A stretch of 64,000 nucleotides of DNA, taken from the IMG/VR virus record IMGVR_UViG_3300035698_011514. One strand, 5' to 3'. Under the pieces are notes generated by a model. It had not been told where the DNA came from, did not search any database, and worked only from the letters and a program-made list of their open reading frames with translations. The translations under genes and the position numbers were made by a program. Shown here in pieces: positions 38,381-49,233 of the stretch. The first letter of the stretch is position 1, and each line of letters opens with the position of its first letter. Source of the DNA: an uncultured virus (IMG/VR IMGVR_UViG_3300035698_011514) (Duplodnaviria; Heunggongvirae; Uroviricota; Caudoviricetes).

Positions 38381-39577
38381 TTAGTCCATATCTTCTGGAG
38401 GCACGAATCCGGACGTATCATTGTCGTCTTCCTCTGTGGAAAGGTCGGGGATATCCTCACGAATGATGTCCTTGTCCTCAAGGTTGAGAGTGTCCATGGT
38501 CTCAATTTTGTTAAAGAACCCTTCGATCTGACCCACGAGGTGCCCGAACTCCGGGGGGTTATTCTTCAAAAAATCGTAGACTTTCTCCGAAGATTGAATC
38601 TTGATAGGATCTCCCTTCGATCCCGTCCAAGAGTACCACGCGCCCGCGCGACTGATCATGCTACGCTTGAGCGCGATATCCAAGATTGACTGAACGTTAT
38701 CAAAGCCCGATCCGAAGCGCACGACCACATCTACCGTGTGACCCTGATGCGGAGCGATCTTGTTCTTGATACACGTCGCGCGCACGATCGTGGCGTGGAT
38801 CTGCTCCTCCACATCTCCTGTCAGAGGGTTCTTCACCTTCGACTTGATCTTGGTGCGGGGATGGAACTTCAATCGCACAGAAGCGTAAAACTTGAGAGCC
38901 TTGCCCCCGCTCGTATCTTCATCAGGCCCCAAATCATACATGCTGGTTTTGATACGCGCTCGGATCTGATTGATCAACACCAGCGTCGAGCCATGCGCGC
39001 GCAAAGGCTTGACGATCTTGGGGAAGAATGCTGAAAGACTCCGGGCGAGGTAGCCGATCTGACCGATCTCCGAAACGGCGTTTTCAAAAGTCTTCTGAGG
39101 CACCATAGCGGCGATGGAATCCACGACGATCAGGTCCACGCCAGCATTGATTGCCGCTGAGATCAACTCAGCACCTTCCTCGAAGTGTGCGGGATTCCAG
39201 AGAACAAATGAATCCTGATCCATAATATCCAGTCCTAAAGACTGCGCATATTGCAGAGACATCGCATTCTCATAATCGAGATAAAGAACAGATCCACCCG
39301 CCCTCTGGCAACGCACAGCGGCCTGAATACAAATAGAAGTCTTGCCCGATCCTTCACCTCCGAAGACCTCTACGATGCGGCCTTTTGGAAATCCGGGGCA
39401 CAGAAGATCGCCGTTAGCAGTAGACACACCACCGATCAAGTGATCAATAAGAATGCAGCCCGTGGATATATGCTCCATGCCATTCAAGGCAAGGCTCGTA
39501 TTCACGCGGTTCGCAGGATCTATCACTTTGCTCTTGCCGATGACTGCAAGCGCCATTGCTAGTTTAGATTTCGCCAT
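38381..39577 (-). CDS. recA: recombinase RecA
   Basis: ISTG, G.PKGRIVEVFG.EGSGKT, VVDSIAAMVP, INQIR, SGGKALKFYASVR, KNK, GAWYS. Confidence 0.97.
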   Translation of the reverse strand: MAKSKLAMALAVIGKSKVIDPANRVNTSLALNGMEHISTGCILIDHLIGGVSTANGDLLCPGFPKGRIVEVFGGEGSGKTSICIQAAVRCQRAGGSVLYLDYENAMSLQYAQSLGLDIMDQDSFVLWNPAHFEEGAELISAAINAGVDLIVVDSIAAMVPQKTFENAVSEIGQIGYLARSLSAFFPKIVKPLRAHGSTLVLINQIRARIKTSMYDLGPDEDTSGGKALKFYASVRLKFHPRTKIKSKVKNPLTGDVEEQIHATIVRATCIKNKIAPHQGHTVDVVVRFGSGFDNVQSILDIALKRSMISRAGAWYSWTGSKGDPIKIQSSEKVYDFLKNNPPEFGHLVGQIEGFFNKIETMDTLNLEDKDIIREDIPDLSTEEDDNDTSGFVPPEDMD

Positions 39578-39587
39578 CTTTCTACTC

Positions 39588-40346
39588 CTACTCGCTTTTT
39601 GTGTCTGCGCGCGCGGGCGAGGATTCCGAGGGCGCAGTTATGCCGCTTGATCGTTGCGGCTTTGGTCCTAAGACCTCATCGTACTTAGACTCGTTGAAAG
39701 CATACCACTGATCATTTTCCTTCTTGATCAAGCCATGTGCCTTCAAGTCTTGAAGCTCCCTATTTTTGAGAAGTCCCCCTTTCAAGGGCTCTCCATGATA
39801 ATAGGACTGAGCTTCTTTAATCGTCAAGTCCTCAAGAGAAATTCGACCTGATTGAAACAGATGAAAACGCTTGGTCATGTGTGCCATGAAGAGCGCATCA
39901 GCTATATTGTGATTCAGGCGCTTGAATTTCTCAAGCTCGGGGAATAGCTTGCGCGCGGTCTTGACGATCTCTACCTTTTCAATCTTACCATCGTAATTCA
40001 GAATCCCTTTAGCCATCGATTTTACGGTGCTTGGGTTGATGTGCAAACACCTCTGACGATGCTTCACAACAACTGCCATCACAGCAATATGCAGGGCGTA
40101 AAGGCCCGCGCTGTAAGACTCTAGGAGTGGTGGGATCTCAAGCCCTAGAAGATCTGCTTCACCATATTTCGTGAGGATGTTGTCTACTTGCTCTTGAAGA
40201 TATTTGTACCGTAAGACATAGAGCATCTTGGCTGTTGTCTTCAAGCACCCCATATCCACAATTGTTTCGTTATTTCCATCCTCATCGCAATCCAATACAG
40301 CCCAACCAAACCCTGTCAAGCTGGGATCAAACGCTATAATCCGCAT
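39588..40346 (-). CDS. ruvC: RuvC-like Holliday junction resolvase
   Basis: MRIIAFDPSL..FGWAVL, LE, P.TVK, K, NIADA. Confidence 0.85.
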   Translation of the reverse strand: MRIIAFDPSLTGFGWAVLDCDEDGNNETIVDMGCLKTTAKMLYVLRYKYLQEQVDNILTKYGEADLLGLEIPPLLESYSAGLYALHIAVMAVVVKHRQRCLHINPSTVKSMAKGILNYDGKIEKVEIVKTARKLFPELEKFKRLNHNIADALFMAHMTKRFHLFQSGRISLEDLTIKEAQSYYHGEPLKGGLLKNRELQDLKAHGLIKKENDQWYAFNESKYDEVLGPKPQRSSGITAPSESSPARADTKSE

Positions 40347-40467
40347 CTCAAAACCTCTTAGCTTTATTGTGAAAATAAATCCCCCTGAACACAACAAAAT
40401 CATTGAGATTTTATTGTGCTGAGGGGGATTCTACCCTCAAAGCCTTAAAGATTTTGAGGGTGCATGA

Positions 40468-41163
40468 TCAGTCCAGACTGTCCATGAGATCATCGTATGC
40501 AGACTCCGAGACCGAAGACGGGGCGGGACCAATATCCTCACCAAGCTTATCTTTGATCTGGTCGATCGTCATCACGCGAGGGCCGCGAAGATGCTTTTCC
40601 ATGCTGGCGACTTCCGACAACACGAACCTTGCTACTTCCTTATGCCTCTGCCACAATGCACGACCATTACAGGGCACGAAATCGAGCTGCTGGAACTTCT
40701 CTTCCTTGCAAGTCGAGCGCAAATCAATACACGTCAGATTGTACTCCGTGTGGATGTTGCCCAGCTTATTGTACTTATCAGGGGAGAGATTCCAAGGCAT
40801 CACAGTCACGCGGGTGACGTCGATATCACTGCCTTGAGGCTGTCCAGACTTATCCGTGTGGTACTTGACGATAAAGGTCACGATGCGGGGCTTGGGGGGG
40901 CCAAACTTATCCGTCGTGTAGGGGTCGAGGGGCTGGATGTACCCCAGACCGGGAACATAATGGCACATGGGGGCCTTGAACTTCGGCGCAATCGCGGGGT
41001 CGGGATTGGCGGGATCAGCCACGAGCGGCTTGCCTTCCGCATCCACAGACAACCAACACAACGAGATGCGGTCCGTAAAGCCGTTCTTGCCCTTGTAGTA
41101 CTCAAGTTCACGACTACGGAGGAACGCATCATTCTTGCCAAAACTGATGAAATCGTCACTCAT
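40468..41163 (-). CDS. putative single-stranded DNA-binding protein
   Basis: Aromatic-rich core and acidic C-terminal tail (SAYDDLMDSLD) within the recombination cluster; inference. Confidence 0.5.
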   Translation of the reverse strand: MSDDFISFGKNDAFLRSRELEYYKGKNGFTDRISLCWLSVDAEGKPLVADPANPDPAIAPKFKAPMCHYVPGLGYIQPLDPYTTDKFGPPKPRIVTFIVKYHTDKSGQPQGSDIDVTRVTVMPWNLSPDKYNKLGNIHTEYNLTCIDLRSTCKEEKFQQLDFVPCNGRALWQRHKEVARFVLSEVASMEKHLRGPRVMTIDQIKDKLGEDIGPAPSSVSESAYDDLMDSLD

Positions 41164-41332
41164 TTGAGATCCTTGCACGATGGGTGGCATAAAGCCAATG
41201 GGTGGCACGACCTAGCTCGTGCCTTGTCTTGGACTGCGATATGCAATCAACGGACACTGTATATACACTGGAGACGTTCTGTTTTTCACAGGATCACTCG
41301 ATTTTTTATGAAAATTATCGAGAAATTCTATG

Positions 41333-42010
41333 TCAAGTCAAATCGCCCAGAAGTATATCAAAACCTGTACCAGACATCTCGTCGTCACCCTCAAAGAGGG
41401 GAGACAGCTCTACCTTGGGAGGCATCGCAAAGACATCTGAAGGGAGATCGTAAGCCTTAGGAGACACCTTAGAAACACCCGCCAGAAGCTCGGAAGGATC
41501 ACGATGGATGGTCCCTTTCTCATGGGTATGCTCTGAGCCCCTATAAGACGCAGTGTCGATAGAGTCACGCATGAGGCTTCTCAATCGCTGTATATCTTGT
41601 GATACGCTCTTCAACTCGTTGAGCTTGAGCTTCACGATCGTCTCAATGTGCTTCACCCCTGTCACGTCACGCTTGAAGCGTTGAATCTCAAGAATGTGAG
41701 ACTTGAGGATAGTCTTCGTCTTAGAATCTCGATCCTTCTGTGAAGAATAGAGAAGCATAGACTCAGATACTAGAGTCTCATCATAGAGAATATCGTAAAT
41801 CGCCTGAGCATCCGCCATACCCCTTTCGAGAGACATCCGTGACTGCATGACTTCCCTGTAATAGAGGTTGGCATTGGTCATGTGGCGGTTAACTTCAAGA
41901 ATCTTTTCTTGAAGATACTGAGGACCAAGCTCTTCAGTGTCCGTGGCGAGGGGCACCGCCATTCCCCCAACCAGCACCAGAATAGCTTCCGCACGCTCAT
42001 CAGAAAGCAT
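41333..42010 (-). CDS. coiled-coil protein, possibly UvsY-like mediator
   Basis: Helical heptads, acidic tail, position near SSB and RecA; inference. Confidence 0.45.
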   Translation of the reverse strand: MLSDERAEAILVLVGGMAVPLATDTEELGPQYLQEKILEVNRHMTNANLYYREVMQSRMSLERGMADAQAIYDILYDETLVSESMLLYSSQKDRDSKTKTILKSHILEIQRFKRDVTGVKHIETIVKLKLNELKSVSQDIQRLRSLMRDSIDTASYRGSEHTHEKGTIHRDPSELLAGVSKVSPKAYDLPSDVFAMPPKVELSPLFEGDDEMSGTGFDILLGDLT

Positions 42011-42317
42011 TTATCACCTCACTCGTCTCTTGATACTTGACGCTGCGCTTGCTTCTTATCACCTGAAAGCGATCTGTCGCTTTCACCAGCCACATTTTTG
42101 TTTCTTTAGGATCAAGAGAACCTTGCACCGTCAAGGCCGTGAAGGTTTCTTTTACGACAATTTCTGCAAGATCTAAGTGAGCGCGGCGAGCCCCCTCCAG
42201 ATCCCACACGCTCCCCGCATCAGGATGCGCATCAAAAGACACTTGTAATTCTGAGTGCAGGCCGCTCAACGCTTGGATCTTGAGACTAAACGTAGACGTG
42301 ATCTTACTGATCAGCAT
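42000..42317 (-). CDS. hypothetical protein
   Basis: AGGA RBS; overlaps the next start. Confidence 0.55.
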   Translation of the reverse strand: MLISKITSTFSLKIQALSGLHSELQVSFDAHPDAGSVWDLEGARRAHLDLAEIVVKETFTALTVQGSLDPKETKMWLVKATDRFQVIRSKRSVKYQETSEVINAF

Positions 42318-42428
42318 ACTTTTTCCTGTTTTCTTTGGAACATGAGGACACAGGGCAGGTTCATTTAGAATGGTGCATTGTCTTCATGTCATCTTTGGTG
42401 TTAGATCCCCCTTACCACATTTTATGCG

Positions 42429-44663
42429 CTACTCCAGTTCAGGAGTCAAGCCAATTCTTCCCCGCAACCTGTACGCGAGGAGGGTATAGCGTTTTGTAAC
42501 ATTTTCAGTGCGCACGGCTTTTGACACCGCCTGCCACTCCCCGACAAGAATCACTTTCTTTCGGGCTCTCGTAACCGCCGTATACAGAAGTTGACGCTGG
42601 AGCATCATGTGATGCTCGCGCGCGAGCGCCATAATCACGACATCCCACTCTTGACCTTGGGATCTGTGCGTCGTGATGGCGAAAGCGTGCTTGAGCATGT
42701 GTGAGACCATGGCGAAAGGAAACACAACCATCTTGTCTTGTGCAGAAGTGTAACCAAAGAACTTGACAAGCACCTCCTTAGGAGCCATGTCGATCACTTC
42801 GACCTTACCAATCTCCCCATTATACACACCAAGCTGAGGATTGTTTTGAAGACAGATCACACGATCACCTTCTCTCAAATCCACCAAGCCAAACTGACGT
42901 TCTGTCTTCGAGGAATCCGGGGGGTTGATCTTTTCGCGGATCTTGTTGTTGATCTCATCTACGCCCAGAGTACCCGCATATTTCGGAGCGATCACTTGAT
43001 ATGAAATCTTGCCGCCCAACTGATTCTTGAAGAAAATACCAGTCGCCAGCTTGACAATACGATCTTGAGCATCTTGCGCGTTATCATGGTGGGAGAATGC
43101 GAAGTCCGATTTGGGTTGAGACAAATCGGGGCAAAGCCCTTGATGGATCGCATGAGAAGCTGTGACGATCGAAGAGTCGGATTCCTGCCGGAATATCTGT
43201 GTCAGATGGACTCTAGGGATGACACCCGAATCAATCAGGTCGTGGAGAACGTTGCCTTCCTCCACCGAAGGGAGTTGAGCGGGATCTCCTACGAGAATGA
43301 GCTGTGTGTCTGGCGGTATGGCGTCCAGAAGGCGATAGAAAGTGTTCATTCCGACCATAGACATTTCGTCAAGGATGATCGTCTCTGCGCTCACCTTGGA
43401 TGCGGCGTTGTACCCCCACACATCTTCCCCTTGATATCTCAGAAAGCGGTGTATTGTGGACGCATCCATTCCAGTCGTGTGATTCAAACGCTGCGCGGCT
43501 ATTCCAGTAGGGGCAAGCAAAGTCATCTGACGATTCAAAGTCTTGAGAACATATGCGACTGCGCGCATTACCGTACTCTTTCCTGTACCCGGCAGCCCCG
43601 TAAGCAAGAAGACCCTGTTTGTAGCTGTCTGCTTGACAGCTTCTTTCTGGAGGTCCGACAGCTCTATCTTGTAGCGTGCTTCGTAGGAAGTCAGCAAAGA
43701 GTCAATATCCAAAGAGACATTAAAGACGCCCTGCATCTGACCAAGAATCGAATGAATCTCATGCTCCGCCAAATAGCCTTTAGCCGTGTAAACATTATCC
43801 GTTTCGTCGACTACGACGCGACCATCAATGGCCCAGTGTGTAACCATCGACCTCAATGTCTGTTCGTCAAAGCCTTCATAATACAAATTTTCCTTGTCAA
43901 AGCCCGCCTTGATTTCATGCGTAAGTTTGGACGCTGGGAAGAAGACATGACCTCCTGATTTGAGGACACGCATATACATGTAATAGGCAAGCTCGCGCAA
44001 ACGTAGAGCTGAAGACTGCGATATCTTATGAATTTCGCAGGCAAACTTATCCACAGCGTTAAAGCTCATGCCTTCCACGCTAAGGAGAACATAAGGATTC
44101 TTCGCGATGAGGTCCGCCGCGTCTTCACCCAAAGTCTCTTGCACACGCATGATCATCTTATCTGCGATCCCCGCTTCACGCAGTCCCGCAATAGATGTGC
44201 GCACAGACTCGTAATCTGCCCATTCAGCCAAGATGCGCGATGCGTCGGGGTCGTTGAGACCATACTTTTCAAAAAGAGCCTTGGGGTCTTTCTGGAAGAC
44301 GCCCCACAATCCTTCCACGTCAGGCAGTTTTGCCAAAACTCTTTGAAGCAAAAAAGGAGAAATCTCGGATAAGTAAGCCGTCAGGGCTTGTACCAGTTCT
44401 AGTCTACCCTCCGAATCTGGAATATCGGACTTAAAGACTTGCCAAGAATTGCCATAGGTTTTGTGCTTGGAAAGAGTAGCCTGAATCCGCAAGACGACTC
44501 CGGGGCGGATCGTAATCCCCGGAAAATGGCCCTTGATCACCTCACTAAGGAAACCCTGTGCGGGATCAGCCTGAACATGGGCGATAATAAATCCCGATGC
44601 CTTATCCTCGAATTTAACTTTTCGGATCGTGACTTGGAAGTCATATATCTTATTGGTATCCAT
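42429..44663 (-). CDS. recD2: RecD2-family SF1B helicase
   Basis: NPY.L..V.G..F...D, LTGLPGTGKS, LAPTG.AA, DEMSMV, VGDPAQLPSV, QIFRQ, YNGEIG, AFAITTHRSQGQE, LYTAVTRA; start uncertain (44663-44687). Confidence 0.95.
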   Translation of the reverse strand: MDTNKIYDFQVTIRKVKFEDKASGFIIAHVQADPAQGFLSEVIKGHFPGITIRPGVVLRIQATLSKHKTYGNSWQVFKSDIPDSEGRLELVQALTAYLSEISPFLLQRVLAKLPDVEGLWGVFQKDPKALFEKYGLNDPDASRILAEWADYESVRTSIAGLREAGIADKMIMRVQETLGEDAADLIAKNPYVLLSVEGMSFNAVDKFACEIHKISQSSALRLRELAYYMYMRVLKSGGHVFFPASKLTHEIKAGFDKENLYYEGFDEQTLRSMVTHWAIDGRVVVDETDNVYTAKGYLAEHEIHSILGQMQGVFNVSLDIDSLLTSYEARYKIELSDLQKEAVKQTATNRVFLLTGLPGTGKSTVMRAVAYVLKTLNRQMTLLAPTGIAAQRLNHTTGMDASTIHRFLRYQGEDVWGYNAASKVSAETIILDEMSMVGMNTFYRLLDAIPPDTQLILVGDPAQLPSVEEGNVLHDLIDSGVIPRVHLTQIFRQESDSSIVTASHAIHQGLCPDLSQPKSDFAFSHHDNAQDAQDRIVKLATGIFFKNQLGGKISYQVIAPKYAGTLGVDEINNKIREKINPPDSSKTERQFGLVDLREGDRVICLQNNPQLGVYNGEIGKVEVIDMAPKEVLVKFFGYTSAQDKMVVFPFAMVSHMLKHAFAITTHRSQGQEWDVVIMALAREHHMMLQRQLLYTAVTRARKKVILVGEWQAVSKAVRTENVTKRYTLLAYRLRGRIGLTPELE

Positions 44664-44735
44664 AGCATGTCTCTCGTAGTGTTTCAAAACCCTGCCCCCT
44701 TTATGGCTTAGTGATCGTGTGTTTGTCAAGAAACA

Positions 44736-44767
44736 ATAAAGGGCTGTGACGGATCACAGCCCTTTAT
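44736..44767 (-). terminator. intrinsic terminator after nrdB
   Basis: ATAAAGGGCTGTGA-CGGA-TCACAGCCCTTTAT. Confidence 0.8.
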
Positions 44768-44784
44768 CCACCTACACGAAAATA

Positions 44785-45825
44785 TCAGAAATCTCCCCAA
44801 TCGTCTTGAACAGAAGAAGACATAGAATAGGATGTTACTTGAGTCTCGAAGAAATTAGACTTGACAGTAGCGTCACCACCTTCGTCCGCCATCTGCTCTA
44901 AGTGGAGATAAGGGTTCTCAGTGAAAGTAGGATACAGAGGAGCCAGTCCTATATCGTGCAGACGCTTGTTTGCAAGATATTTTGTATAGGCTTCGGTGCT
45001 AGTAGGATTGATCCCCAACACAGAAGATCCAATGATGTGATTGGTCCACTCAATCTCTTGGTCCACGGCGGTGCGTGTCATTTCCAAAAGAATAGCCTCA
45101 TCATACATATCAGGATGCTCGTCACGGATAGTCTGTATGATGTTCGCAAACAGAACACAATGAGAATACTCGTCTCGATTGATATAGCGAATCATATCCG
45201 CAGTACCAATGCAAAGATCACGAGATGCCAAATTGTAGAAGAAAGCGAAACCGTTGTAGAATAGCAACCCTTCCAAGAGATAGTTGGCGACCATCACTTT
45301 CCACAGCGCTTTAGGATCTTCGGGATGATCCAAGAGGTACTGGTACACAGATGCGACATACTCATTTCTCTTGTAGAGATTGGGATCGTCTTTCCAGAAT
45401 TCATAAACTGAATTCTTATCCGCTTTAGGTATAACGGACTCGATCAAGTATGCATAAGACTGTGAATGTATGACTTCTTGAAAGTCTTGGATGTGGATGA
45501 GCGTACTCACCTCGGGTGCAGTGATGTAATCCCCGATATTTGGGAGATTGTTCGTCTGCAAGGAATCCAAGAACACGAGAAAGGATAAGATCCCCTTATA
45601 AGCCCGGCGCTCTTCCTCCGTGAGCTGACTGTAATGCGTGATGTCTTTGGTGAGATCAATCTTCTCAGGTATCCAAAAGTTTGACATCATGAGGCGGTAC
45701 ATCTTAGGTCCCCAATGATACCGCACGTTGTTCAAGTTAATCAAACCCGTAGTGTCACCACCAATTAGCTTGCGACCCTTGAGAGAGTCATCGCCTTCGG
45801 GATTATAGAGCAGCTTCCGTTCCAT
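44785..45825 (-). CDS. nrdB: class I ribonucleotide reductase beta subunit
   Basis: FWIPE, LDSLQ, EVIHSQSY (radical Tyr), LEG..FY.GF, RDE..H, NFFE. Confidence 0.95.
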   Translation of the reverse strand: MERKLLYNPEGDDSLKGRKLIGGDTTGLINLNNVRYHWGPKMYRLMMSNFWIPEKIDLTKDITHYSQLTEEERRAYKGILSFLVFLDSLQTNNLPNIGDYITAPEVSTLIHIQDFQEVIHSQSYAYLIESVIPKADKNSVYEFWKDDPNLYKRNEYVASVYQYLLDHPEDPKALWKVMVANYLLEGLLFYNGFAFFYNLASRDLCIGTADMIRYINRDEYSHCVLFANIIQTIRDEHPDMYDEAILLEMTRTAVDQEIEWTNHIIGSSVLGINPTSTEAYTKYLANKRLHDIGLAPLYPTFTENPYLHLEQMADEGGDATVKSNFFETQVTSYSMSSSVQDDWGDF

Positions 45826-45884
45826 CTTAACCTCATTTCGATTTTAGGGGCGAGCCTCCCCTTTAGAAGCTCGCCTGTATTACT

Positions 45885-48800
45885 TTACCCGGAGCAAGAG
45901 ACACAAGCCTCTTCTCTTTCCAGCGCCTTCTGGACGCTACGAACATAATACACGCACTTGACATCCTTTTCCCACGCGTGGAGAAGAACATCGTAGATAT
46001 GCTTCTTGGACATGCCCGGCTTATTCAGATCAAACAGAAGCTCCATGGAGATGCCCGTGTCAATCCATTTCTGAATGGTTGAGGTCATATCCACGATAGC
46101 TTTCTGATCAACATTCTTAAACTCCTGATAATACCAATTACTCTCAGCGAGATAAGGGGGGCAAATAGGGACGGTCTGGCCCCCGTTCTTGTCGAAGAAG
46201 AACTTCCCATAAGGGGGTAAGAATGATGCTGTGCATCCCTGAATAAGTGACGTGGAAGTCGTAGGGGCTATGGCGAGGATTTGAGAATGCCTCAAGCCGT
46301 CACGAGCAATGTCCGCTGCAAGCTCATTCCAAGCGTTACCCATCTTCCCCGTCGCGGCGATGTCTGAAGCCTTGCGGCCAAAGAAGATCCCTTTCTTCTG
46401 CTCGGACAGGTGAAAGGCTCCAAAAGATCCGTGTGTCTTGGCTAGTTTGTGTGAAGCCCTGTGGGTGTAGTAAGCGATCTGCTCGAACACCTGATCTGCT
46501 TCCGCGAGCGCCTTTTCACTAGAGTAAGCGATCTTCCTCTTGGCGAGCCAATCCGCCCAACCCATCACGCCCACGCCGATGGTGCGATACCACTCGTTGT
46601 GCATCTTCGCTTCTGGAATCGGCGTCTCAGTAATATCTATGGACGCATCCAAAAGAATGACAGCCATTTCTGCTATATATTCTAACTCGTCTTCTGTGAT
46701 GACAGCCAGATTTTTAGACAGAAGGTTGCAACAGTGAACAAGGCCCGCCACAGATACCTGCGAAATCTTACCGTCTACAATCTCTTGCTGACCGATCTGA
46801 GTGCGCTTCACGTTGGAAAACGACTCGACGCATTGTCCCGTCGCGATCCCATTGAACACGACCGTATGTGAAGGACTGACCGTCACATCATAGACATCTT
46901 CCTTACCAAGATAGTCGATGGAAGCGATTTTGGTCTCCCACTTTTCCGATTTGAGACTAAGGTAGTGACCTTCACGAAGGCTCTTGCACTGGGTATAGGC
47001 TTTCATCTTGGATGGGAGGTTTGTACCCACTTGCTCCATAAATTGCCATGCATTGTCTCCCTTGAAATCTAGGCGATACATTTGCTGGCATGGGTACAAA
47101 TGGTCTTCACGATTTGTATCTGGAAGCATATGATCATCAGCCTCACGACACGTCTGAATCCGAGACCTCAGCCCTAGCATAGACGCAAGAATCTTGACAT
47201 GCTGAAGCAGGGGAAGGTTCACAGCGCTAATTTGCACGGCAATCGTAGGATTGCTGTCTGCATTCTTGATCTGATAGCAGAAACCATCCGTGTCGAACAA
47301 ACCCTTCAAAAAAGACCTAATTGTCGCTGCGTCCGAATTGTACAACCATGCTGGAATGGTCTTCTTATCTACACAGATCACTTCACCCGCGATGTAGGCG
47401 GCGGCTACATCCGAATTGGTTCCGAATACCTGCTTGGAATTACCATTCAGATATATCTTAGATCCCACTGTCATTTTTGAGAGATGTACCAGCTCAAAGC
47501 TACCATCTTTGTTGACAACAGGAAACTTATGCCACTCGGTACACTTGATCTCAGATCCATCAGACATCTTGACAGAATAAACGTCTGCGTCCTTTGCTGT
47601 AATGGTCATGGCGACATCGGGTGTCACGAGATCATCATTGCCTGTACCCGAGAAACGAGCATCCACCAAGACCTTCGGATTCAATCCTGACTCCCACAAG
47701 ACTTTTGCGGGGACATTTCCCGTCTCGGTCATGATCAATGTGTCTCCCGTGACACAGAGATTTGCTGAAGGGATGATCCCATCTGCCTTGTTAGGATTGG
47801 CGCGATTGATCGTGTCCTTAAACATGAGGTAAGGCATACCCGTTTCAATCAGAATATCAATGATATGCTTGATCAAGTCACGGGCATCCATCGTCTTGTG
47901 CGGAATCAAGCCCAAGGATGCGCACTTCTCCGCGTGCGCATAGCGCTCTTCAAATTCAGATCCCCAACAATCGACCAGATCATACTTCTCGCCCAAGATC
48001 GTCTTAACTTCGTATGGACAAAAGAATGTCCACTTTCCGTTCGCCTTCACACGCTCCATAAAGAGGTCTGGGATCACGAGCTGAGGGTAAATATCAAACG
48101 CCTTTCTGCGCTGATCTCCGTTTTCCGTTTGCATCTCCAAGAAGTCCGGGATGTCCTTATGCCAGATGTCCAATGAGATCGTTCCCGCGCCCGCGCGAGC
48201 GCCCGCCTGATTGACCGCGACAAAAGTATCATTGGCGATGCGAACCCAAGGCAAAACACCACCAGACACTCCCGGCTGACCTAAGACGGCAGATCCCTTC
48301 GCGCGCACGGCGGACACGTTGAGCCCAACACCGCCGCCATTCTTCGAGATGCGCGAAATCTGGTCGATCAGATAGAAGATTGAATCTCTCGAATCATCCA
48401 TCTGGAGAACGAAGCATGACGTGAGGGATCCGCCGACACGGCGAAGATTGCGTAGAAGAGGTGTGGCGAGACTGATCTTGCGCTCAATGAGGACATCGAA
48501 GGCTTTGCGCACTTCCGAAACAACGAAAGTCTTATCTGCGTTCTTAGCTCCTGCACCCCATGCTCTATGGTGCTGAGACATGAGCAAGATAGCAACGGTA
48601 AGGAACATCTCACCTATGGACTCCACGATCACGCCGTTCTTGCGCACAAGATAGCGCTGCATGAGCATGTTCGCGCCCGCGTAGTCAAAATGACGTTCCG
48701 CTTCTTCATTCTTGATCTCGTCAAACCACTCAAGCGGCCATGTGTTCCCTATCCTTGTATCGTAGAGATTATCCTTGAGCATATGCCGTACATGCCCCGA

Positions 48801-49127
48801 GTAGTCTTCCATAGGTCCATAGCCGCGTCCCGTCTCAAGATCCTTCTTGAGGTCCATAATGGCGAGTCGAGCCGCTACAATGCGCCATGCGGGAGCTTGA
48901 GCCGTGGTCAACTTCACAGCGGCATCAATTAGAGAGCGCTGAATCGTCTTAGTTTCCATGCCTTCCACAAAGCGAAGACGGAGATGGGATTCCAAAACAT
49001 GTGATTGAACAGAAAGATCTTCACACGCAGCCTCTACGACCTTGCGGATCTTATCGACATTAAAAAACTGAGAAACGCCGGAGCGCTTCTTGACATTCAT
49101 TTGATCACTCATCATATCCTCAGACAT
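45885..49127 (-). CDS. nrdA: class I ribonucleotide reductase alpha subunit, intein-containing
   Basis: ATP cone, ATP.L.N, SCF, GGGVG, NL[intein]CVE, CNL, APT.STS, YYVRS, C-terminal CVSC. Confidence 0.95.
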   Translation of the reverse strand: MSEDMMSDQMNVKKRSGVSQFFNVDKIRKVVEAACEDLSVQSHVLESHLRLRFVEGMETKTIQRSLIDAAVKLTTAQAPAWRIVAARLAIMDLKKDLETGRGYGPMEDYSGHVRHMLKDNLYDTRIGNTWPLEWFDEIKNEEAERHFDYAGANMLMQRYLVRKNGVIVESIGEMFLTVAILLMSQHHRAWGAGAKNADKTFVVSEVRKAFDVLIERKISLATPLLRNLRRVGGSLTSCFVLQMDDSRDSIFYLIDQISRISKNGGGVGLNVSAVRAKGSAVLGQPGVSGGVLPWVRIANDTFVAVNQAGARAGAGTISLDIWHKDIPDFLEMQTENGDQRRKAFDIYPQLVIPDLFMERVKANGKWTFFCPYEVKTILGEKYDLVDCWGSEFEERYAHAEKCASLGLIPHKTMDARDLIKHIIDILIETGMPYLMFKDTINRANPNKADGIIPSANLCVTGDTLIMTETGNVPAKVLWESGLNPKVLVDARFSGTGNDDLVTPDVAMTITAKDADVYSVKMSDGSEIKCTEWHKFPVVNKDGSFELVHLSKMTVGSKIYLNGNSKQVFGTNSDVAAAYIAGEVICVDKKTIPAWLYNSDAATIRSFLKGLFDTDGFCYQIKNADSNPTIAVQISAVNLPLLQHVKILASMLGLRSRIQTCREADDHMLPDTNREDHLYPCQQMYRLDFKGDNAWQFMEQVGTNLPSKMKAYTQCKSLREGHYLSLKSEKWETKIASIDYLGKEDVYDVTVSPSHTVVFNGIATGQCVESFSNVKRTQIGQQEIVDGKISQVSVAGLVHCCNLLSKNLAVITEDELEYIAEMAVILLDASIDITETPIPEAKMHNEWYRTIGVGVMGWADWLAKRKIAYSSEKALAEADQVFEQIAYYTHRASHKLAKTHGSFGAFHLSEQKKGIFFGRKASDIAATGKMGNAWNELAADIARDGLRHSQILAIAPTTSTSLIQGCTASFLPPYGKFFFDKNGGQTVPICPPYLAESNWYYQEFKNVDQKAIVDMTSTIQKWIDTGISMELLFDLNKPGMSKKHIYDVLLHAWEKDVKCVYYVRSVQKALEREEACVSCSG
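46833..47756 (-). mobile_element. intein (308 aa) with partial LAGLIDADG domain and C-terminal Gln
   Basis: Starts CVTGDTLIMT; block B CTEWHKF; FLKGLFDTDG; VYDVTV..SH.V.FNGIATGQ|C. Confidence 0.92.
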
Positions 49128-49233
49128 TAAACATACCTCTTACCAACGGGTGGGGGAAAGAGCCGACGCTCTTTCTGATCGTGGTGGGGTATTTAGGATT
49201 ATATTAAAGTGTCGGCGTGGTGGTATGCGGGTT

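Noticed and set aside
35230..43958. Long plus-strand ORFs (35230..35967, 40591..41460, 43065..43958)
   Set aside because: Antisense shadows of well-supported minus-strand genes, with no motifs of their own.
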